A stretch of 63,561 nucleotides of DNA, filler included, from Choristocarpus tenellus KU-1152 (GCA_964200185.2; 8 parts of 8 records of this genome joined end to end with filler, not necessarily neighbours in it), one strand, 5' to 3'; shown: positions 38,631 to 52,784, counted from the first letter of the whole stretch. The notes: a model not told the origin generated them from the sequence alone. Made by a program: numbers and translations.

Positions 38631-41300
38631 GGGCTTGGTTGTGAAATATTGTTGCCATAGTGTTTCTCCTCAACGAATGAGACAAAGCGGTAGGACAGAT
38701 ATGTTTGTTAGGGTATTTTTGGAAGAATCAAATATGGTTCTCCCTCTTAATTGCTGCCACGGAAGTGCAGAATGCTGACGTTATCTGTCTTTGCTGCCTC
38801 CTAGTTCCATTGCACTCGCCGATGTATGAAGTAGGAGTCCGACAGTGTCTCCCGCTCTGGTATTGTAAGATTCAAAAGTTCAGCCTCAATAGATCAAGAC
38901 TCGGATCATATCAACCCCTACCAAACTCCTGCTGCTCTCCGAGTCCAGGTAACGGGCAGGAGAGTATTGACAAAAGAGGAGGTACAATAGCATCGCCAGT
39001 TGGGAAAGCGAACGAGGGAAAAACTTGCTGCATGGACGCCCTGATCCAAGCTCTATAACATGTGCCACGCCTGAGAGATGTAGTCTTGAAGGCTGGCAAG
39101 GGAGGATCACATACTGAGTTGAAATGTTGTCCGCCAAGATCAGGAAGAGGGAAAGATATGTGAGGGGGAAGGTGTGTAAAAGAGATCATCGCTGCACAAC
39201 ACCTTCCGCAAGTATTTTTCTATCTTTTGTTTCTTCCTTGGCAAAAGACCATGGATGCTCTTCTTCAGCACTACCCCACCAATACTTCGATGTGTGATGT
39301 GACACATATATAGACCAACCACCATGCCACACTGGCCACGGTGCTACTTTGAGCAGGCCCACCTCAACATCCCCACTAACAGCAGCGATGGGCATAAAAG
39401 TCTAACGCGCAGGAGAATATTCTGGAGTTTTTGTGCAGGAGGATGCTCTGGGGTGTGGGTGGTGAGCTGTTGTTGACAGTTAAGCATGGGAATTTTGCTC
39501 TTGTCGTTGCAGGCACTTGCTGTTCCCATTAGTAGTAGGAACGACCAAGGGGTATGATGAAACAAGTTGTTCAAATATCTAGATGAGTTAAGGTTTTGGA
39601 CAATAAGAACATGTCTGTGTATCCTCTTTGCTGTCCACTTTCACTTGCCCTTGAGGTTCAAAATTTTGATATAGGGTAAGTTGTACACTTCCAAGAAATA
39701 CTTTACATGCTTTACACCTATTATTTTTGCGGTGACTGCTTCCAGCATGGACACACGCATCATGGGAAGCGGTGGTCCTGTCTCTTGTGATACAGACTAT
39801 CCTCACGTGTTCAACCACATCTGGTGTTGATATACAAGCCTTCTTTGGCTGTGAACTGATGATACGGTGTCTCCCACTGCCCCAACATGCCCGTTTTCAT
39901 ACTTGCTGTGTTTCTCCATCAGTTCACTGCAAAAAGGGTTGTGCATCAATACCATATCTGAGTGAGGCTGAGAGCATAGTCTCTACCACAAGGAGCAGGA
40001 CCATGACTTCCCATGTCTCCAGGCAGAGGGTAATCAGCGCAAAAAAAGGGGTCAAAGTATCTGGGGGAGGGTGTCGGCGTCCGTTTTTCACCCTTTTTTC
40101 GATTTTCACTTTTTTGGTGTGATTTGGTCGCAAGTGTGTCGGATTTGAAATGTCAGCAAAAAAGAGTTGTTTGACCAAAGCAGACGCCCACTCACATACC
40201 ACCCCCCCCACGCAGATACTTTGACCCAAGGTCAAAACATTCTTGTATACACCAGATGCTAGTTACCCTATATCCACAATTTAGAACCTCAAGTGGAAAA
40301 TAAGTGGACAAGATAAAAAAGACACACAGAACCCTTCCTCCCAAACCCTCCAACACATCTGTATATTTGAACAATCTCTTTCATCACACCCCTTGGTCGT
40401 TCCTACTGGTATGGGTGCAGCAACGTCATGTGATAACAAAAACACGGATTCCCAGTCTGTCAACAACTGCCCACCACCCAAACTTCAGAGCATCCTCTCG
40501 CACCCAAACTCGAGAGTATCCTCCTGCACGTCGGAGTTTATATCAATCGTTGCTGTGAGTCGGCCAGCTGAGGCGGGCCTGCTAGTGGTAGTACAGTGGC
40601 CAATGTGGCATTGGGGTCTGTGTGTCACAGATTGTGTGTTTCCATCGCACATCCAAGTATTATGGGGAGGTGTTAAAGCGCATTCGCTGTCTTCGCCAAG
40701 GAAGAAAATAAACGACAGCAACACATTTGCAGGTGACGTTACACAGTAATAACCTCTTCACACACCTTCCTTCGCCTTCCTCTATCTTGCCCTTATCTTG
40801 CTAATCTCAGCAGACAATATTTCAGCTCCGCAGTGTCATCCTCCTTCGCCAGTCTTCAAGACTGTTACACTCAGACGTGGCACATGTTACAGAGTTTGCA
40901 AGAAGGCATCAACGTACCGATTATTGCCCTGGTTGGCCAGACCGACAATTTTTTTATACCTCTCGTTTCCTCATTCCTCTGCTGCCTGTTAGCTGACTCT
41001 GAGAGGGAGGGGAACACGAGGTTCCGAGGGGCTGGTGTAGCCCAAGTCCCTCGTCTAACGAGACTGAGCCTTGGCTTCTCGCAAACAAGGCTGGGCCACA
41101 TAGTTAATTAGACTCCTTCACGAACCAGCTAGCGGAGAGGGGAACGGATAAAGAGACTAACAAGGACAGACAACCCTAGTGATGCATCTCAAAGACAGCA
41201 ATAGAGAAAGCTGTGTTTGATTGTTCGACAAAACAACAAACTTCCAACCCTGCCGTTTCATTTCGCTCAAGAGAAAAATGAATCTATAAGAACAAGCCTA
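38630..41300. repeat. large diverged inverted repeat (fold-back), arms ~1.2 kb, axis ~39890
   Basis: Arm-to-arm reverse-complement matches from the centre outward (CATCAGTTCAC, CAGGACCA..CTTCCCATG, TTACCCTATATC..GAACCTCAAG, CCCCTTGGTCGTTCCTACT, CGTGGCACATGTTA). Confidence 0.85.
40049..40227 (+). mobile_element. MITE-C (ends GGGTCAAAGTATCT...AGATACTTTGACCC); partial ends also at 13008-13025, 28112-28155, ~50630-50682
   Basis: TIRs present; flanks AAG / AAG; absent from the opposite arm of the surrounding palindrome. Confidence 0.85.
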
Positions 41301-42973
41301 ACCAGACCAGAAAACCTAGACAAGGACCCACCAAATAGTGTGTCCTCACAATGAACACTTATGAATAATCCTCCCTCATTCACGTAATGAACCTCTCCTA
41401 AGCTCTTCATATCCTTGATTAAGGGTCACACAAACACATTATTTGACCGAAACGATCTGTGCCATCCTACACTCTTTGTCATCTGTCATATTTTGATATC
41501 CAGTCAGGATAACGTGCTGTAATCTCCAACGGCTAACTTCTTTTCTATCCACTAATCAGATCCATCCCAACTCAATTTCGAATGAGAATGGTATTGTATC
41601 TCGAGCGGAATTCCGTCACATTCCCAGCACTCCCAGGATCCCACAGTTCAAGACTCCAAGAGTGAAAGTCTGAGCCTCGAAATATACGAGTCCAAATCAA
41701 TTGCAAAAAGTTATGAAGAATGTGCTGTGACACCAAGGAAATCTGGTATCCTTCAGGCAATGAAATTAGGTCACTGAGTATTTTTCTGGGACCTCATTTC
41801 CATACATCTAACTGACTTGCTACGCAGGCAATCCTTTAAGTATGTAGACATCAATCATTTCTTCCTACAACCCATCAACTCGTTGAATGCCTCCTAGGCT
41901 ACACCTGCTGTGAGGTGAGCAATCCTATCTTCTGACAGAATATATCGTGTGGATAGCCCCAAAACTTACCTACACACTTCCAAACAACACCTAACGTTTT
42001 ATCACATCCTACACCTTGCTGTGAATTCTCCTTGGCGGGATAAAGCAGACAACCCACAACAGTTTCTACTAAATTAACCAATGGTATTACACACATCACG
42101 TCCAAGTTCCCACTATTAAAACAAGCTTATTGTAAGGAAAAGGGTCCATTTATGATCATATTTAATCTATTGCTTGAATCGGACCACTGAGCAACAGCAA
42201 AGGTACGTGTGGTACGCCATGGCATCTTCTCTCTTCTTCCCTTGCAAGCTTGACATCAGTAGCACCAGCTACGCACCAATGAACACTTGGTCCATCCATT
42301 TCAAACAATAGAACTAATGTCTCTAACATACAGTCAATCAATATTTTCTCAACCCCAAAATGCATAGAACTACTGTATGTAGATAGTATGGCTACTCTCC
42401 ATCACTTCAGGTCTCAACAGAGCAGGGACACAGTAATGATACAAATAAGCCTATCAACCAACAGATATTCATGCTGTACTCCGAAAAGATGCTCTACTAC
42501 ACAATATATACATATGCAGATACATGCACTATTTGTTGGGCACCATTGAAGACTTCTAAGCTAGAACGAAGGAAAATATCATCATTCTGCGGCAAAATTA
42601 ACCTTCAATAAGAGTTCCAAACAAACATCATCAGTCTCAAGCGTAGGCATGTCACCCACAGATGTTACAGGCGAATAGCGCAAGTATTTCTTCCCGCACT
42701 TTAACTGGCGCGAGCAGTATACACGTGTGGGGAACCCCGAAAGGGGGAACTTCGATTTGCCTAAAAGTTGCAGAATAAACTGTAACTCGGGTAGTTGCAG
42801 AGGGTCATGAATGAATGGTCGGAAAGGGTTCTGAGATACATACCAGTATTTACGAACCCGAAAACCCCCCAAAACGCAAATGATTAATAGAGTTCCTAAA
42901 AACGGCTCAAAACAGCTCAGTTATTCTGACCTAACAGAGAGACCCACATAAAGCACTCTCTTAAACTGATGCT

Positions 42974-43233
42974 GAGTCAAAGTATCTTAGAGGGTAGGGC
43001 CTTGTCCATTTGGGGGTCAAAATCCAACATTGCGATTTTGATATAATGTTGGCTATTGTGTTTGTTGGGAAGTGTCAATATCCTTGTTTCGGACACACCT
43101 TTTCATGACGTATACATTTTACCTACTTTCAAACATTTTGGAGTAGGAAAATGTAATAAAAATACGCCATGGGAAGTCAAGCACCAAATGGACAAACAGG
43201 GCAAAACTCGTACCCTCTGAGATACATTCAGTC
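42974..43233 (+). mobile_element. MITE-A
   Basis: TIRs and internal homology. Confidence 0.9.
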
Positions 43234-46200
43234 TGAATTCGAATGACACGCGCTTTTGTGTGCAATTGGTAGTTTGTGATGGAAAGGGGTGTCATAGTGC
43301 CGCAAAACAATGGTGAATTTGGTCTGTTTCAAGTGAAGTCATGGGTTGCTCAGTCAGATGATGGATGATGTATATTCGATGTTCTTCCTCGGTACAATCA
43401 AAGGGAGAAATGCATGCTTCTAAGAAGTGGCTTGTTACCTCGGCTGACAAGGGTTTCTGTGGATGTTTTAACCCTAATTATATTGCATCAGGTGTGCATC
43501 AGGTACACTAAACGCAGAGTGTGGTTGGTGTCTTATGAAGGGCAATGCCAATCAAGAAAAATAATAGTCAACAATTGACGTACAGGTGAGTCCTTCGGTG
43601 TTAAGAAGAAGAAGGAAAAAACAAAAAACAAAGAAACACAACACACTTAAAACAATGTCTGATATAACTCAAGCGACATATATTTTATCTATGTGCGTGA
43701 TGTATGTAGGGACTGTTCTGATGATTCTTATGTACTCTAACGTTCTGAAGATAGTTGATGGTTTGGTGATGATGAGGTAGTGATGGAAGTGAAAGTAACG
43801 ACCAGTACAGCGGACCAATCAACAGTCAGTAAGGACTGCTGGTGACCCAAAGTATCTGGGAGGGGGGGNNNNNNNNNNNNNNNNNNNNNNNNNNNNNNNN
43901 NNNNNNNNNNNNTTAATTAATTAANNNNNNNNNNNNNNNNNNNNNNNNNNNNNNNNNNNNNNNNNNNNCATCCTCATAGTCCGGGGCCATCCCCCATTTT
44001 GAAGATCCCCTGTTTAATGCTTCTAATAACCAGAGACATGTGCGCCTGTTGTGAGGGTGGTCAGTTCAGCAAGTACTCCAGAGTGGTAGCTGACCTTGAA
44101 CCTCTTTGAAATATATATTGGGGTCGATTTCCGCCCACACTCGTCCAACCAAGCACAGCAAAATTCCATCGTATTAAATATGACACGCATCTTTCACCCT
44201 ACTGAAACCGTACTTTGAAGCAACATGAATCATCAGTGGTTGTGGAAGTGCAAGGTACGCATGGGAGGAAGGAAGAGAAGGGGGCAATACAAGAAACCTG
44301 ATGTAGAGCAGCATAGGCTGATCCTATCTTTTCCTCCATTCTCCTTCAGTCTTCTCTTGTACCATAACCCTCTGTCCTGGACAGAAGAGTCTTCTCTCGA
44401 CCAGAATCAAAAATGGTCCCTGAACAAACAAATACTCATTCTTCGCAGTGATTAAACTCATACACACGATTAACATTTATGCTACTACAGTGGTAAGCAG
44501 TATGATGTTATTAGTGCTATGTTCGGTAATAATAACTCCTCACAGTAAATAGAATGCATTTCGAAACGTGTATTTTGAAGTAAGAATCGTAGTACGTCTT
44601 TTATTGATGGTGCAACATCACACAAGGAAGGAGGATTGAAATTACGATGTCGTCATCGTCCACCTACAGTCAGTTGTCGTCACAGTCTCTCTAGCCAACA
44701 AGCGCCCTTCACCTACTTTTAGAAGATGGGTTTTAAAAAAAGAGTGAAACGATTTTTGAATGAAAAAAAATATATTGAAGAAACGAGACAGCAACGAAGA
44801 TATGGATGGGTACCTTGCCTGTTGAAGAGCCAAACCAACTGAGAGGTACACACGTTTGGACCCTTTTGCACTCTAGACCTTTCTTAGCCTGTGCAATATA
44901 CTCTACTTAATTGCTGTATGTGCGGAATAGTGGATGCAAAATTAAAATTTCCCTTCCATACACAAAGTAACATGGCAATTAAGAGAAGGCACTTTCTGCC
45001 ATTGCACAAAATTGGGTCTTTTTGCCCTTTCTCTGGATCCTTAACATGCAAACCCTGCCTACCTCTCCGTTGATTTGGTTCTGAAGCAAGAGTTTATGGG
45101 AAGGAGTGACCAAAAGCTGATGTCAGTTCATTCTGGTCTTATCGTCCAAGAATTGGACATTATGTGTAACACAGAAATATTGTAACTTACGCAATAGTTT
45201 ACATACAACTTACAACTGTGAATAGTATACAACACACAGAAGAATAAGGACCTTCAAGAATAAATACAAGTGCGCTTTGGAGTAAAGTAGTGATTGTACC
45301 CAAGCACTACACTACTAACAATTCCGCAGGAGCTTGAGACACGTAACAGAAACATAAATGAAAGTGCGTTTCAGAAGCTAAAAGAACATATAGTAATTGG
45401 TTGAGTAGGCAGGAAGCGCCTGGTCATCCTTAACTACTCAATCAGAAGTTGGGGGCTGTAACTATGGGTGATAACGTGCTTAAGTGTAAATGTCCCTGTA
45501 CTGAGTATGGAATAAGATCAGCAACTATGTATTTCCCCCCACAGCAACAAAATCTGCACTGATCCCTACACTGTATCTGTACAAGACAACAAATATTGAC
45601 TGCTTTTCAGAAGCACCCAACAGAGTATTTTACTACAGGTTGCATCAGTTTCCTCCCAGGAGGCTCGATACAATTTCAACAAGCACCACAAAACAACAGA
45701 AAATGGCAACCAGACAAACAACACTTACACATACACAAACTCCACACCTGTCTCTTCCCTGCCCGCTGGTCACCATTGGTCCTCAAAACACTATGTATGG
45801 CAGCAGCAAGTAGTAAATTCTATTACATTTCAAATCTGTTTATAACACGTCGATCCCGAAAGAAACAAAAAGGAAAAAACCCAACAATTTACATATCTAC
45901 ATCACAACAATCAAGACGCTTCGCGCACACTAACAACCCAACCAATAAAACCTTCAAAGGATGAAAAATACCTGAGTGATAAAAGCAAAAAGGAAGGCCA
46001 ATATACTCTTTAGTATATTAAAAAAAAAAACTGGCAAAAGTGACTGGACACATATATATAGATATGTATGTGTGTATGTGTGTATTTTCTTGCTTGTTGT
46101 GTGCATTGAAAAATACCACTATTAGAGAGGAGGAACTCTACAATGACAAACCACTGATGCAGCTAATAAAAAAAACAGGGAGGAAATATACACTTCCCAT

Positions 46201-46839
46201 GCAGCCAGTCCATTGTATCAAAACAGTAAGGTACTTGCTAACTATTCTCCTCCTTACATTCACTTCTGTTGTGGTGAAAGCCAGGTGTTGACTTGTATTT
46301 ACTTCCCCCTACTGCAACACATCCACTACTAGTACTGAAATAGTAAACTGTGAAATGGATTGCTCCTCATGATCTAACTCAACCACTCCCTCTCCTTCCT
46401 TACCCCCCCCCCTCTCCCCCCAAAAACACTGTTACACTGTACCATCTTCCCGTCTCAAGTGTTCTTCAAGTAGCCCCGTTCCCCCTTCTACCATAGCCCC
46501 AACTCGTAGCGATACCAGCCTCCCATTTGCCAGGCTACACACCAGTCTCTTCCGTTTCTTCACTAGGGCATGTACACCTCACCTCCCATACAAGAAAACA
46601 GGTTTCACCAATCAAAAAAGTCAACCAAATATAACACCAAAATTATCATTTGCTCAAGATACAGTCACAGCAACACAACATCCTACCTCACTCCACCTCC
46701 CCTCTCACCATCCATAACTCCTCATCGATCCCCCACCCCNNNNNNNNNNNNNNNNNNNNNNNNNNNNNNNNNNNNNNNNNNNNTTAATTAATTAANNNNN
46801 NNNNNNNNNNNNNNNNNNNNNNNNNNNNNNNNNNNNNNN

Positions 46840-47701
46840 CCTGGGGTTGAGCCATCATCTGTGACGGGGGGAGTCTTGGCAGGCTCTGCACCGGTCAGGG
46901 AGAAAAACGCCTCCCAACATCCTGGTCTGCCCCCAGAACAGGGTCGAACATGGTGGCGATGTGATGTGGAGGAGCGAAGGGTAGCTACGGCAATCCTGGG
47001 CTTGAAAGGGCGCTGCCAGTGGGCGGGTCTGGAGGAGAGTCTTTCACTTCTCGCGTCCGTGTGGGACAGGCAGGGACCATTTGACGGCTTGATGGGGTTC
47101 AGCCAGGGGGCTGCTATGGCAAGCGTGTTTTATCACTGCATGTTCGAGGAACACTCTGGGGTAAGCGAAGGGATTGTGAGATGCTTTTTTCGTGAATCTG
47201 TTGAGGGGGGGTTATTTGCTCTGTAAGGTGTAGTGGCGATGAGTGCTGCCTGCCTGCCTGCCTGCCTGTGGGGTGAGGGGGTGTGGTGCTACCGAGTGAG
47301 TGCACTGGAAGGGGAGTGATGTAAATGGCTTGGCTGTTGTATGCTCCTGGTTTAGTTGATGTGCTTAAGCTATTTTGATTTCACAAGGGGTATGATGTTG
47401 TTGTGTGATTTTTGTGTCCACACGGCCACGAATCAATCTCCCTGATTTGGCTCTGTAGCAACCATGTATGATTTTGTCTGTTATGAATTGTTTAGAGTGC
47501 TGTCGTTCTTTTTATTGACTTCACTTGAGGAGTAACAAATTTCTCAGTTGCCTGACAAGCATTTATCCGGTGCATCGCTCTCTGCCTGCCTGCTTGTAGG
47601 TAACTCCACCTGCACTGAAAAGTCCCAGATTTGGCATATTTGTGTCAGGGTGCTTCCAGCCGCATCCCACTCAGGTTGGTAGACTGGAAGGGGGGTAGGG
47701 C

Positions 47702-47733
<32 letters not shown>

Positions 47734-48690
47734 AGATGGGCAAGAAACGTGTGTTTATTTTTGTGCTGTTGAAAACCTCTCGATATGTTCCACTTCTTTA
47801 AAATTATATTATGAGAACTCTTTTTTTTTTTCAGCTTCTGGGCTGGTTGAAAGATGACACTCTTCTGATTGTCCTTGGTAAGAGTATTGATAGATAACTA
47901 TCCCAACGGAGGAGTTAAGCCCCTCCTGTGCTGTTGTCATATATGCACCTGGTCATGGTTATGTGTGACCGCTGTATTATTATTATTATTACTGCTATTA
48001 TGTATTATAAAAATTTATGATTGATGTACTTTTGTATTATAGTGAGGTGATTTTTTCCTCTCTGGAGAAAGTATCATGCCCTCATTGTTGACACACTACC
48101 TTTGTGTGAGTCTTGAACAATGAGACAATTTCTGATGGTGGTTGTGGATACCCGAGAGCTCTCTGATCTACTCCTGTGGTATGAAAAGGAAGGAGGGGGG
48201 TGCACTTTGAGTGATCTTGTTGGTTGCTGTGAATCATGTTTGTGCCATACGGACCATCTCGATCGTACTGCATTATGTACACATTTCATCCCTGTATCCA
48301 CAGCCGAGGACTTAGACTTACTAATAGTGGCTCATTGAACCCCCCAGCACCAGAACTATTCATTACCCACGGCAAACGCCTCTTGCTTGCTTGTGCCTCA
48401 CAATTACTATTTGCTCTTCCCTGTCCAATTACAATGATGGCTCCCGAAACTGTTTCGCATGTTGTCCTAAGGTCCCAAGTTATCCAAGGGACCCAAAGGA
48501 CGGTCAAAGCACCTTGCCGAGCTTGCACGTGTGGGCGGTTGAAGACCCGTATGTAGCAAGGGCAGAGTCGCAGCACCTGGCAGGCTTATACGCTCGACCA
48601 AGCATACTGATGCATCACGGGCCCCACTGCGTCCCTCAGAAGAAGGAGATGATACCTAACTTTGTCAATTTCTTGGAGGGTTTCCGTTGA
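46840..48690 (+). CDS. FSH1/OVCA2-family serine hydrolase (5' truncated at contig start)
   Basis: Exons <46840-47160, 47600-47674 and 48472-48690 join in phase 0: RTWW..GLEESL..QGPFDGLMGFSQGAAMA | RFGIFVSG | LPSLHVWAVEDPYV..HHGPHCVP; Ser-Asp-His triad present. Confidence 0.92.
47702..47729. repeat. (GT)n microsatellite in FSH1 intron; (AT)n also at ~50455-50484
   Basis: Read directly from the sequence. Confidence 0.95.
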
Positions 48691-48899
48691 ATGGACAAAA
48701 GCGCATCACACAGGCCTTGTGAGGTGGCATGAATTTTTTGTTCTAGCCGTTTTTCTTCTTTATTTTTCTGTGTTTTGTTAGCTGTGTCCGGTTTTCCTCT
48801 CACAGGATTTACTTCTTTAGTTAGTTCATGGTGGACGTGTATACAGTAGGCAAGTGCAAGAGCCAACAAGTTTAGAGTCAGTGTGAGTTTGACTACATT

Positions 48900-49750
48900 T
48901 TCTCGCCAATATTGCTAACGTGCTGGACAGGTGTCTTTTACATAGTGACCTCCAAATTTCCCACTGTATGTGCAGTTCATGTAGTTGTAGTGGGTATGTA
49001 GGGTACACTGTGGTATGCATCCTGGAGTGTTACCTGGTACATTCTTAATCCAGCGACCATACGTCCAGTGAATCGGCCAATGATATGTGTCAGTTTGGGT
49101 TGGAATGAAGGTCGTGGTTATTTTTGTATGGATGACCTTGTGCAAAACGTGAAGGCATACAGAGAGTATGATTCTGAGATACATGGGCAGACCTGGCAGA
49201 GCCTCTTTACACAGTAGAAGGCTGAGCTGTGCCAGTTGAGCAAACAATGACTTCAATGGAAAGGCAAGAAGTAGGTGGCAGAGAGTAGTGCGAGTGCATT
49301 TATCCTTATTGGCCAAGGGATTGGCAATCCTGGAGGGAGTGAGGAAGGAGGTAGTACTTGGGGTCTACCGACTTACCTTGCACCAGCCCTTAACAGAGCT
49401 TGATCACAATCCTACAAGCACAACATCATATCTTCCCACGCCTTGATTGACCCCAACAGGGTGTGGCATACCACCCTTCCCATTTTATGGCTGTAGTATT
49501 GTACTCTCTTTGAGGGAGTAGTTGTTTATTCTACCCATCAAGAGGATGTACGTATTACCATAGTCAAGTTCTGAACCAGCCAGGTCCCCACCTTACATGT
49601 TCCTGGTTAGTGTTGGATAGTGAAGAATAGATATCCGGATCTTCTTTCATTGTGATCTCTCAGCGTAAACAGCATCAGGGTGTTGTTTACTGCCTACATT
49701 CTCAAGCATTGGAGCCACACCATCCCAATAGGTTGAGTTTAAACTAGCTT
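48900..49750 (-). mobile_element. highly decayed non-LTR retrotransposon RT remnant (possibly CRE-like)
   Basis: Only fragmentary resemblance (PQV..LL, INALA); many stops. Confidence 0.3.
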
Positions 49751-50008
49751 GGTGCAAGAATATTATTGCTTTGAGGTGGAACGACATTAACTTTTATTGA
49801 TGCAAGAGGATTACACTGCTGGCAAGGGCCTGGGTCAAAATACGGTTTCTGGTGGCATGGTGTCATGACTTCTTGCTTGTCTGCATGTGTTGTGTTGAAT
49901 TTTGAGAACACTGGAGTGGAGACCGCAATCGGTGCAGCATCAAGGATTATATACTTGCGTATACTATTTTAACAGCAGATCATATGGATGTCTTAATCAA
50001 TTAGAAGT

Positions 50009-50186
50009 GGCTTAAAGTTTATGGTGGGGGGTGGCGGTTGTCCATTTGGGGTCAATTTTTTCATGTCGCCAATTTAGGGTGATTTGGTTGCATATGTCGG
50101 ATGGATAATATAAATACACTTTTCCCGATTTTGACCCAGATGGACACCCTGGTTTAGATCCCACCCCCCTCCAGATGCTTTGGGTC
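50009..50186 (+). mobile_element. MITE-B
   Basis: TIRs present; flanks AGT / AGT. Confidence 0.85.
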
Positions 50187-50452
50187 AGTAAATAAATAAA
50201 TTTGAAAAAAGGTCAGTTTTATAGCGTTTACAAACACGGGGATGGAGTTGGCCATACACCATCACTGAAATAATTGTTGAACTCAGAAGAGTTAACTTAA
50301 AAGAGTTGTCCTCCTGACAATAATGAAAACAAGTGTGCAAGAATCAATTGGAGAAATGTACTCGGGTCTTCTCCGGTCATACATGGATGCACGTGTTGAA
50401 AAAATGTATCAACTTGGCATAAGTTGATATTGCCCACAGCAAACATCCGTTT

Positions 50453-50486
<34 letters not shown>

Positions 50487-50733
50487 AANNNNNNNNNNNN
50501 NNNNNNNNNNNNNNNNNNNNNNNNNNNNNNNNTTAATTAATTAANNNNNNNNNNNNNNNNNNNNNNNNNNNNNNNNNNNNNNNNNNNNCACCCAAAACCA
50601 CCAAAAAAAAAAAAAAAAAAAAAAAACCACAAAAACGCCCCCGCACCCCCCCCCCCCCCCCCCCCCCTAGATACTTTGACCCCCTTGTTTGTTTTTTTTC
50701 TTTCTTGTGACACGACATGTGATGTGTGGTGTT

Positions 50734-50993
50734 GAGTCAAAGTATCTTAGAGGGTAGGTAGACCTTCGTTCGTTTGGGGGCCAAAATCCAATGTTGCGAT
50801 TTTGATGTAATTTTTGCTATCGTGTTAGGAAGTGTCAACATCCTTTTTCCGGATACACCATTTCGTAACGTACACATTTCACCTATTCCGAAACACTTCA
50901 GATTAGGAAAATGTCATAAAAAAAAACATGGGGAGCCAAGCCCCAAAAGAAAAAAACAGGGCAAAACTCGTACCCTCTAAGATACCTTCACTC
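50734..50993 (+). mobile_element. MITE-A
   Basis: TIRs present; flanks GTT / GTT. Confidence 0.9.
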
Positions 50994-52542
50994 GTTCGGA
51001 TTGGATCAATGACTTGGTGCGTCTGAGTATCTGTTATTTTCCTTCCCTCTTTAGCCCATTCAACCTAGCGATTGTGTGACGCTGCTCACGCCCTATCTGA
51101 TGTATTGTTTGTCAGCGAGAAAGTGCATTACACGGAAGTGGTTCTCTTCGTTAACTTTGTTTGATACACATAGTTCCCATTTCCTTCTTTCAATGATCTT
51201 CAATAATCTTGTTCCACAGTATTTCAATACTTCTTCAATCAAGCAGTATGCGTTTGATGCCTACCTTTTGAACATTGGTTTGGGACACCTTACTTAGAAG
51301 AATACGACTAATAATGTGTGCAATGAGCGTTATTCAGAAATTACCATAAATTTGAAAATACTAGAAGATAGGAACACAAGTTTCAAGCAGAGGTTAGTGT
51401 AAATCCATGATAATCTGTCCTGTTATCTAGTTCATTTCTAATAAATATGCTGTGTGAAATACATCCCCCGTGCAACGGACTGAAGCAACGAGGAAAGGTG
51501 AGGATGCCTAAGATACACTTACCTTGAGTTAGCTGTTGATGTATGCAGGGTGAAACTCATTCTGTGTGAGGTCATCAAGGCATCAAGATAAGGCGAAGAC
51601 CTGGTATGGAGAGGGTATCCGCCAGGCCCCCAAAGTAGGGAAACAAGCATTGCAAGTGGGTTGTGGCCTTTACTGTGGGCGGTGTGACCATCCCGGAAGG
51701 AGGTGGTGGCATCTCAATGTTTGACAGGTTGCATCAATTTCAATATGAAAGTTGTACCAGTTGAGGATTCTGAGTGTACAGTGGAGGGAGAAACTTCGAG
51801 TGAGGATGGTGATAATGACTTGGAGGGAGATTTAGAGGATGGGAGAGACAAAGAGTCCAAAGAGAATGTAGGAGATGATGATGGTGGCAGCAATGGGGAG
51901 GCAGCACTTGGGAGGATGGATGTGGAGAAATTAGCTCGGACGTTGACTCAGTAGACTTTTGAGAGGTTGGAGATGCAGGTCAATTCATTCACTCTTAGTG
52001 GATGTGGGGGCGGGGAGTGTGGTGGAGAAGTACTGAGCCAAAGTAAAGGAGAGTCACTCAGGGTTGAATTTATTGGATGCTGACAAATGTGCAAAATTCG
52101 ACTTTTAATTGTACAAATAATAAGTACAGGGAATTTTCTCAGTTCTGTCAAAAATTTCAAACAAGAGAGAAATCGATAATCTCGAGTCCTTTGTCCATAG
52201 AAATAAGGGTGAATTGCAAAAGATGAAAAGTGACCTGAAATCATAAACGGCCAAACCCTGGGCGCCTCTCTTTTAATTTGGCTCACTTCCACAATGCCTG
52301 TTCAATTCTCGTCCACAATATTTTCAGGAATTCCTCGCTCATTCTCGGGGGGGTCTGGCAGACCAGATGATGGTGAGACAGGGTATTTGACACACAATTT
52401 GGGGGAATAGTGACACAGATACCTACCTTGCTGAGGTCGAGATTGATGCATGGTGAGGTCTTGTTTTCGTTGTTGTCATGACTACTGCAGATGCTTCAAT
52501 TATGACTTGGACACGAGATGATAGGTAGGGCCTGTAGGTGGC

Positions 52543-52784
52543 GCAACGAAAAAGGACAGAGATTTGCACCGGTCCAGCAATTGTTTAACTTGTCCCAGTC
52601 CATGTCCACTCGGTATTTAACTGGTTAATGTCTATGTCGGGACAGGTCCCACAATTATTTAGCATGTCCTGGTCCATGCCCAGTAGGTATTGGACCGGTC
52701 CTATCTGCCAGCTGGACCGGGTTAAAAATTGTCGACATGTCCAGACCATTTCCACGGGGCGGACAGTCTATCTTTTTTCCTTGC
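52543..52784. mobile_element. putative MITE with imperfect ~18-bp TIRs
   Basis: GCAACGAAAAAGGACAGA ... TCTATCTTTTTTCCTTGC; interior rich in GGACC/GGTCC motifs in both orientations. Confidence 0.5.
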
